The notes under the pieces are model-generated. The model was not told where the DNA came from. It saw nothing but the letters and a program-made list of their open reading frames with translations, and searched no databases. Positions 30,001 through 37,803 of a stretch of DNA of 64,000 nucleotides are shown piece by piece. This DNA comes from Heterodontus francisci. Taxonomy: Eukaryota. The position numbers were made by a program, and so were the translations under genes. The stretch covers positions 118,529,593-118,593,592 of the forward strand of contig NC_090378.1 of the NCBI RefSeq assembly GCF_036365525.1, in the 5' to 3' direction. Each line of letters opens with the position of its first letter. Positions within the stretch are counted from its first letter, which is position 1.

Positions 30001-32437
30001 TTATTATATATTATATATAACTGTGGGATGCGTCAGTACAGGAGGTGGGACTGTGTGTCCATTATTATATATTGTATATAACTGTGGGATGCGTCAGTAC
30101 AGGAGGTGGGACTGTGTGTCCATTATTATATATTGTATATAACTGTGGGATGCGTCAGTACAGGAGGTGGGACTGTGTGTCCATTATTATATATTGTATA
30201 TAACTGTGGGCCGTGTCAGTGCAGGAGGTGGGACTGTGTGTCCATTATTATATATTATATATAACTGTGGGATGCGTCAGTACAGGAGGTGGGACTGTGT
30301 GTCCATTATTATATATTGTATATAACTGTGGAATGCGTCAGTACAGGAGGTGGGACTGTGTGTCCATTATTATATATTGTATATAACTGTGGGATGCGTC
30401 AGTACAGGAGGTGGGACTGTGTGTCCATTATTATATATTGTATATAACTGTGGGATGCGTCAGTACAGGAGGTGGGACTGTGTGTCCATTATTATATATT
30501 GTATATAACTGTGGGATGCGTCAGTACAGGAGGTGGGACTGTGTGTCCATTATTATATATTGTATATAACTGTGGCATGCGTCAGTACAGGAGGTGGGAC
30601 TGTGAGTCCATTATTATATATTGTATATAACTGTGGGATGCGTCAGTACAGGAGGTGGGACTGTGTGTCCATTATTATATATTATATATAACTGTGGGAT
30701 GCGTCAGTACAGGAGGTGGGACTGTGTGTCCATTATTATATATTATATATAACTGTGGGATGCGTCAGTACAGGAGGTGGGACTGTGTGTCCATTATTAT
30801 ATATTATATCTAACTGTGGGCCGTGTCAGTGCTGGAGGTGGGACTGTGTGTCCATTATTATATATTATATATAACTGTGGGATGTGTCAGTACAGGAGGT
30901 GGGACTGTGTGTCCATTATTATATATTATATATTACTGTGGGATGCGTCAGTACAGGAGGTGGGACTGTGTGTCCATTATTATATATTATATATAACTGT
31001 GGGATGCGTCAGTACAGGAGGTGGGACTGTGTGTCCATTATTATATATTATATATAACTGTGGGATGTGTCAGTGCGGGAGGTGGGACTGTGTGTCCATT
31101 ATTATATATTATATATAACTGTGGGATGTGTCAGTACAGGAGGTGGGACTGTGTGTTCATTATGATATATTATATATAACTGTGGGACATGTCAGTGCAG
31201 GGCTTGGGACTGTGTATCCATTATTATATATTATATATAACTGTGGGACGTGTCAGTGCAGGGGTTGGGACTGTGTGTTCATTATTATATATTATATATA
31301 ACTGTGGGCCGTGTCAGTACAGGAGGTGGGACTGTGTGTCCATTATTATTTATTATATATAACTGTGGGATGCGTCAGTACAGGAGGTGGGACTGTGTTT
31401 CCATTATTATATATTATATATAACTGTGGGATGCGTCAGTACAGGAGGTGGGACTGTGTGTTCATTATTATATATTATATATAACTGTGGGCCATGTCAG
31501 TACAGGAGGTGGGACTGTGTGTCCATTATTATATATTATATATAACTGTGGGATGCGTCAGTATAGGAGGTGGGACTGTGCGTCCATTATTATATATTAT
31601 ATATAACTGTGGGATGTGTCAGTACAGGAGGTGGGACTGTGTGTTCATTATTATATATTATATATAACTGTGGGCCATGTCAGTACATGAGGTGGGACTG
31701 TGTGTCCATTATTATATATTATATATAACTGTGGGATGCGTCAGTATAGGAGGTGGGACTGTGCGTCCATTATTATATATTATATATAACTGTGGGATGC
31801 GTCAGTACAGGAGGTGGGACTGTGTATCCATTATTATATATTATATATAACTGTGGGCCGTGTCAGTGCTGGAGGTGGGACTGTGTGTCCATTATTATAT
31901 ATTATATATAACTGTGGGCCGTGTCAGTGCTGGAGGTGGGACTGTGTGTTCATTATTATATATTATATATAACTGTGGGATGTGTCAGTACAGGAGGTGG
32001 GACTGTGTGTCTATTATTATATATTATATATAACTGTGGGATGTGTCAGTACAGGAGGTGGGACTGTGTATCCATTATTATATATTATATATAACTGTGG
32101 GATGTGTCAGTACAGGAGGTGGGACTGTGTGTCTATTATTATATATTATATATAACTGTGGGATGTGTCAGTACAGGAGGTGGGACTGTGTATCCATTAT
32201 TATATATTATATATAACTGTGGGATGTGTCAGTACAGGAGGTGGGACTGTGTGTCCATTATTTTATATTATATATAACTGTGGGATGTGTCAGTACAGGA
32301 GGTGGGTCTGTGTGTCCATTATTTTATATTATATATAACTGTGGGATGTGTCAGTACAGGAGGTGGGTCTGTGTGTCCATTATTTTATATTATATATAAC
32401 TGTGGGATGTGTCAGTACAGGAGGTGGGACTGTGTGT
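1..32437. repeat. 61-bp tandem satellite, at least 530 copies, open at the left window edge; consensus aactgtgggatgtgtcagtRcRggaggtgggactgtgtgtccattattatatattatatat
   Basis: Continuous 61-bp periodicity from position 1 to 32437, with a 42-bp GT-rich part and a 19-bp AT-only part. All ORFs here are frame permutations of the unit. Confidence 0.99.
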
Positions 32438-32442
32438 ATTGA

Positions 32443-32470
32443 GGTTTTTGTACGGCTCTGTCTCACTGTG
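32443..32470 (-). other. Recombination signal sequence, 12-bp spacer (12-RSS), of the V segment
   Basis: Minus strand reads CACAGTG (32470-32464), 12-bp spacer AGACAGAGCCGT, ACAAAAACC (32451-32443). Heptamer and nonamer are both perfect consensus and abut the V coding end. Confidence 0.98.
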
Positions 32471-32779
32471 TACCAGCTGTCTGCCAGCTGTAAGTTTGCT
32501 GACAGTAATAATCTGCGACATCCTCATTCTGTACATTACTGATTGTCAGAGTGAATTTGGTGTTCTGTTGACTGCCGGTGAATCGTTCGGATATTCCTGT
32601 GTATCGAGTTGTTGCATAATAGATCAGGAGAGTGGGTTTCTGACCGTCTCGCTGCTGATACCAAGCTACATAACTGCCTACGGACTGGCTGGCCGTACAG
32701 GTGATCGTTGCGGTCTGTCCCAGTGTCACTGACAGTGCCGGTGGAGACTGGGTCATGATGATGGTGTCTCCACTGATAC
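32471..32779 (-). CDS. IGKV: Immunoglobulin light-chain V exon, kappa-type (cartilaginous-fish type III, NS4-like), unrearranged
   Basis: Open frame (G)[102 protein letters not shown] with the conserved Cys, WYQQ and DYYC motifs. Acceptor ttacccctcag ends at 32780. A 12-RSS on V is the kappa-type configuration. Confidence 0.95.
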
Positions 32780-32965
32780 CTGAGGGGTAATAGAGAAACA
32801 GAGTGAAGTAAGAACTGTCACAGAAAGACCCTGTAAAATGAGATATTATTAGAGACAGTGACCGCTCCTCTTGTTTCATCATTTTCTCTCCAATCACAAG
32901 TCAGTAGAATTGGACTGAAACAAACAGCAGGAAAATATTAACCGTGGAAGGAGAGAGATTTGTAC

Positions 32966-33014
32966 CTGCGACGCACAATGCCAGAGGCCAGATCAGCTGG
33001 ATGGGTGAAATCAT
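32966..33014 (-). CDS. IGKV: Ig leader exon (L-PART1), MISPIQLIWPLALCVA-G
   Basis: ATG at 33014-33012, 16 largely hydrophobic codons plus G, then a GT donor at 32965. The phase-1 intron of 186 bp splices in frame to the V exon. Confidence 0.93.
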
Positions 33015-33074
33015 GGTGCCTGCTCCTGTCTCTGTGCCTGGTTACTGATAAACTCTCCCTTCACTGGGCTCTGC

Positions 33075-33128
33075 TTTATAAAGCTGCAGCCTGTGAGAGT
33101 CTGACTGCCTGTTTCTCAGTATGTAAAT
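33075..33128 (-). promoter_or_regulatory. Ig light-chain V promoter: variant octamer and TATA box
   Basis: TTTATAAA at 33075-33082, about 60 bp upstream of the ATG. ATTTACAT (minus strand, 33128-33121) is one mismatch from the light-chain octamer ATTTGCAT, at the expected position and orientation. Confidence 0.75.
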
Positions 33129-33159
33129 GGTATCACCCAGAGAAAGGCACGTCAGCAAC

Positions 33160-33815
33160 TCTCACTTCCTCTTCTCTCTTTCTGTTTCCCTCACTACCTC
33201 CCTCCTTCTATTTCTCACCCCCTCTCTCTCTGCCTCTTTATCTCCTATCTCAATCCCTTTCCCTCTTTTGCCCTCTCCCTCTCACTCACTGTCTCTCTCT
33301 CCCCCACCCTCCTGAAATCTTTCTCACTCCCCTTCCCTCATTCTCCTTGTCTCTCTCTCCATATCTCTTTCTCTCTTTTTCTGCTTCTCCCCATCCCTAC
33401 CTCTCACTCTTTGTCTCTCTGCCTGCTCTCTGTCCGCTCTCTCTCCCTCATTCTCTGTCTGTATCTCTCTCTGTCTGTGTCTTTGTCTTTCTGCCTACTC
33501 ATCTCTCTCTCCCTCACTCTTTGCCTGTCTCCCCATCTTGTTCTTCCAATCTCACTCTCCCTATTTTGCTCTCTCCTCCTCTCCCTGTCTCCCTGTCTCT
33601 GTCTCTCTCCCTCCCTATCTCTCTATCTCTCTGTCTTTGTTCCTCTGCCTACTCATCTCTCTCCCACCCTCCATTGTTCTGTAATTCTGTAACTGATCTC
33701 TAAAACAGGAGTTATTACTGGAGACTGGAACACTTTGAGGCCTGGTGCAGCAGTTAAATGTCTCCCTCTCTATCTCTCTCTGTCTCACAGCCTCCACCTC
33801 ACTCTCTCTTTCCCA
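33160..33815. repeat. Degenerate (CT)n polypyrimidine tract
   Basis: About 0.5 kb of almost pure C/T on the + strand directly upstream of the V promoter, with a shorter tract near 33760-33815. Confidence 0.9.
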
Positions 33816-34292
33816 CAGTCTCCCAGGTGGAGCACAGTTAAATGAAGGGTAAAACTCCCTCTGCTCTGCCCCACCAATGGATGTTAACCCTTGACACCAG
33901 AAACATGCCTTCTCCTGGAGTAAGGCCCCATTCCCCACAGTGACCATGCTTTGGCCTCTCTCAGTAAGACTGGCAGATTATTGTTAAATTTAGGACAGTT
34001 CTGTGCTGTTGGTCTATTCTCAATGGGACTGGTTTGGACAGAAAGCTCATTTCATGAAGGCCCAGCAGAGAGAGGAGATCCTCACCCCATCAGTGTGAGC
34101 TGGAGGGACAGGACAGAGTCTGACCCACTGCCCCATCCTGTCAGCTCATAACATGTTCAAATCCCTTCCCGTCTCCATCCCCTTCCATGGTCAGGCTCCA
34201 GGTCATTGGAGTTTTACTGGGATGAGGGGCGGACAATCAAACATTTACAACATGAAGGAGCTGTCCTCCACATCAACCATAGTGTCCATGTT

Positions 34293-34546
34293 CCATTGGT
34301 CCTCCAATAGGGACCAGTAAACATGGGCCTCCTTCCCACTGGGCATCCAATAGGGACCAGTAAACATGGGCCTCCATCCCACTGGGCATCCAATAGGGAC
34401 CAGTAAACATGGGCCTCCTTCCCACTGGACCTCCAATAGGGACCAGTAAACATGGGCCTCCATCCCACTGGGCATCCAATAGGGACCAGTAAACATGGGC
34501 CTCCATCCCACTGGGCCTCCAATAGGGACCAGTAAACATGGGCCTC
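34293..34546. repeat. 43-bp minisatellite, about 6 copies (ccaatagggaccagtaaacatgggcctccWtcccactgggcat)
   Basis: ccaatagg recurs at 34304, 34347, 34390, 34433, 34476 and 34519. Confidence 0.97.
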
Positions 34547-35227
34547 TGTTTTCCTCCATGGCCTCACTCCTCCCTACCTTTGCCTCCTGCTGCAGACTCA
34601 CATTCCCTCTCTCACTCTTCCATCTTCTGACACTGCTTTCCTGCCCATCGCTGCTTCCTTCATCCCACCATTGACAGCAGGGTCTTCAGATGCCTCGGCC
34701 CTGCTCTCTGAACTCCCGCCATTAATCCCTCTCCCTCTCCAGGTCTCTCTCTGCTCCATCAAACTCTATCCTTTCACCCAAGCCTTTGATCACTCTTCCT
34801 AAAGACCCCTCACCACCTCCTCCGTTCCTCATACTGCAGCTCTGTGAAGCATCTTGTGACGTTTTGTATATTATAGGCGCTATATAAATTCAAGTTGGGT
34901 GTGGATTTCGGGTGGGGACAGAATTGGATACAGTGGTGATGGTCCCTGTAGTCAAATATCCTGTTGACAGGGTCCAGGCTTATAGACACAGAATGGGGAA
35001 GTGGGTGAGGTAGGAATGTGCTGTCGGGGCCCATGGAACTGTCACCCCAGCATGAAGTGTCGCTCAGGAGGGGAGAGGGAATGTTCGGAGTCCTGAGCTC
35101 CATTTCCCACACCAGGCATTTTGTCTTCCAATGAATGAATGAGATGCCAATTTCGAGCCCAGGTTAGGGACAGTCTCGTACTGTGGGCCCAGGTCTAGAA
35201 GAGGGAATTGGAGATATACCTGAAAAG

Positions 35228-35332
35228 GAAAGATTTGCTGGGTTATAGGGCCAGAGAGGGGCAGTGGGACTAATTGGGTAGCTCACAGGCACGATGGGCT
35301 GAATGGCCTCCTTCTGTGCTGTAAAATTCTAG
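35228..35332 (+). mobile_element. CR1-type LINE/SINE 3' tail remnant
   Basis: gatgggctgaatggcctccttctgtgctgtaa resembles the shark CR1 3' terminal motif, also seen near 37145 and 41642. Confidence 0.6.
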
Positions 35333-35639
35333 ATAGTGTGTGCGGTTCACAGTTTTCTCCCGTGTCATTAACAAACGTCCAGCTGCTCCAAGCTCCTTCT
35401 TTCACTTCCTCTGTTGGTTAAGTTTCAATCTTCCGATCTGACAGTCTTTGCAGTTATTTTTTACATTGGGGATTTCTGCTGTGGTCTGAGTCTCTAATAA
35501 TAACCGTCCAATCAGTGAAAATAACAGCAGCTGAGAGCAGTCAGCACTGAGGACCCAGTCTCACTGGGAAACACATTGGGAAGATCAAAGCTGATTGTTT
35601 AGTGAATTCTCTGAATACTCTTGACTCCCCCACCAGAGG

Positions 35640-36144
35640 AAACAGTTTCTCTTGATCTCTCTGAATCATTTTAATCCTTTATTCATCTTAAATACCTCAA
35701 TGAGATCACCCCTAAATTCTCTGAACTCAAGGGAATACAAGCCTAGTCTATACAATCTGTCCTGATAATTTAACCCTTTCAGTCCCGGTATCATTCTGGT
35801 GAATCTGTGCTGCACCCCCTCCAAGGCCAATCTCTCCTTCCTGAGGTGCGGGGCCCAGAACTGAACACAGTTACTCCAGATGCAGTTAAACCAGAGCTTT
35901 ATACAACTGGAGTAAAACCCCTTTGTATTCCAGTCCCCTTGATAGAAAGACCAACATTCCATTAGCCTTATTCAATATGTTTTGTACCTGTCACTAGATT
36001 TTAGTACTTTCTGTACTTGGACCCTTAAATCTCTCTGTTCCTCCACAGTTCTCAGCTTCTCACCATTTAGAAATTACTCTGATTTATCTTTCTCAGGTCC
36101 AAACTGGATGACCTCACACTGTCCACATTGAACTCCATCTGCCA
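35640..36144 (-). mobile_element. CR1 LINE ORF2 C-terminal fragment, degraded
   Basis: Translates CVQFWAPHLRKERLALEGVQHRFTRMIPGLKGLNYQDRLYRLGLYSLEFR, with WQMEFNVD upstream. Confidence 0.85.
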
Positions 36145-36620
36145 TTGTCTTCGGTCCCCATCACAAACTCCATTCCCGAGCCACTGATTCCATCCCTCTC
36201 CCAGGGACTGTCTGAGACTGAACCAGGCAGTTCACAGCCATGGCATTGTAGTTGATGCTGAGATGTGTTACTGACCACATAAACCACATCATCACGAAAA
36301 CCACCTATTTCCACATTGCTAACATTACCAGTTTCTACCACACCTCAGCTCATCCACTGCTGAAACCCTCATCCATGCATTTATTACCTCTAGACTTGAG
36401 TATTCCAATGCTCTCCTGACAGGTCTCACACATTCTACCCACTGTAAACTTGATCTCATCTAAAACTCTGCTGCCTGCGTTCGAACTCGCAGAAAGTCCT
36501 GTCCTGTTCCCCCATCACCTCGATGCTCATTGGACAACATTGTCTCCTGGTTCGGCAATGGCTCAGTTTTAAAATTCTCATCCTTGTTATCAAATCCCTC
36601 CCTATCTCTGGAACCTCCTC
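36145..36620 (+). mobile_element. L2-clade LINE fragment between two CR1 pieces
   Basis: About 36343-36430 translates LSSSTAETLIHAFITSRLEYSNALLTGL, the typical L2 ORF2 C-terminal motif. Confidence 0.7.
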
Positions 36621-37095
36621 CAAGCTGCTGAACTTAGTGTCATCAGCAATCTTGGATAGATGTCTCTATTCCTTCATCCAAGTCATTGATCAATATAGTG
36701 AAAAGTTGAGGCTCCAGCACAGATCCCTGGGGACACCACGATTCACATCTTGCTAATTGGAGTAAATACACATTATCCCTACTCTCTGTCTCCTACCTCC
36801 TAACCAATTCCTTACCCATGTCAAAACATTTCCTCACATTCCATATGCTTCCATTTTGCGAACAGTCTCTTGTGTGGAACCTTCTCAAATGCCTTCTGGA
36901 AATCCATATAAATAACATCCATAGACATTCCCTTATCGACCACATTAGTGACCGCTTCAAAAAATACAACTCGGTTAGTTAAACATGTTTCACCCTTTTT
37001 AAATCCGTGCTGACTCTCTCTGATCAGTTTATATTTGTCAGTCATTCTGTCCCTAATAACAGATTCAAATAACTTCCCCAAAACAGATGTTAAAC
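36621..37095 (-). mobile_element. CR1 LINE reverse-transcriptase fragment, probably the same copy as 35640-36144
   Basis: GKLFESVIRD...RESQHGFKKG...DVIYMDFQKAFEKVPHKRL, plus the ADD catalytic motif (KIADDTK) near 36632-36652. Confidence 0.85.
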
Positions 37096-37337
37096 TGAGA
37101 TGTTAGTCGTGAATTACTCAAGCAAACAGCCGTCAGAGAGACGAGGGCTGAACGGCCTCCTCCTGTGCTGTAGAATTATACTGCTTTTTGGCTGAAACAT
37201 GTGGATTGGAACAGGAGGTGTGCTGGAGTTTAAACAATGAGTTAAATATGGAGGTAGTGTCATTAGTGGGTAATGCACAGTCTACATTGTGTCCAGGACC
37301 CTCTCTAAAAGATGTCTTTCTCTTTTTCCTTTTTCAG

Positions 37338-37428
37338 GTCCAGGGCTGTAATTAAGGAGCTGAAAGAATATTTAGTGAAGAAGTTTCCGGACTGTGCGGT
37401 GTGTGTGAAGGTGTTCGGCAGTGACTGA
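37338..37428 (+). other. Candidate isolated terminal coding exon (SRAVIKELKEYLVKKFPDCAVCVKVFGSD*)
   Basis: Strong polypyrimidine acceptor tctttctctttttcctttttcag followed by a protein-like frame ending in TGA. Protein not identified. Confidence 0.35.
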
Positions 37429-37720
37429 TGATTACAGCTCCTTGTTCAGTCTGCTCCGCCCTCACCACTGATCAAGCCATGTAACCTCCTGTCACACTGA
37501 GTGAAATTACAATCGATATCATAGTGTCAGTCACAGAAAACAACAGCATCACAGTCTGAGTCACTGGGACAGACATCACTGCCGCACATCAAAGAACAGA
37601 CCCCTTATCCCCTCTCACCATGTTCATAAACCATACAGTAGAGAAAATATACTGACAAACACCACCTTATATTAAACACTCACACCCATAGAACACCATC
37701 AGAGGTAGAGGATGGGACAG

Positions 37721-37780
37721 AGATTGAGAGAGATAGATAGAAAGAGAGAGTGAGATGGAGAGAGAGAGAGAGAGATAGAC
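37721..37780. repeat. (GA)n/(GATA)n microsatellite
   Basis: agagatagatagaaagagagagtgagatggagagagagagagagagatag. Confidence 0.85.
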
Positions 37781-37803
37781 TCTGTGTCAGCTCCTGTACA
37801 TGT

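Noticed and set aside
1-32437. Dozens of 60-138 aa ORFs (MWDVSVQEVGLCVHYY...) and a superficial CRISPR-like repeat/spacer look
   Set aside because: They are translations of the 61-bp unit cycling through frames. There are no unique spacers or cas genes, and the DNA is vertebrate.
32780-32897. N-terminal extension of the V ORF (MIGEKMMKQ...)
   Set aside because: This is intron sequence; the true start is the leader exon at 33014.
32960-33703. 247-aa L/S/P-rich ORF antisense to the leader
   Set aside because: Product of the CT-rich low-complexity tract.
33936-33942. Isolated CACAGTG upstream of the V gene
   Set aside because: No nonamer at 12 or 23 bp.
37510-37590. Short matches to V FR1 DNA (cactgggacagac here, gacccagtctc near 35552) suggesting inverted V relics
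   Set aside because: Only 11-13 bp of identity, with no extendable alignment, Cys/Trp motifs or RSS.
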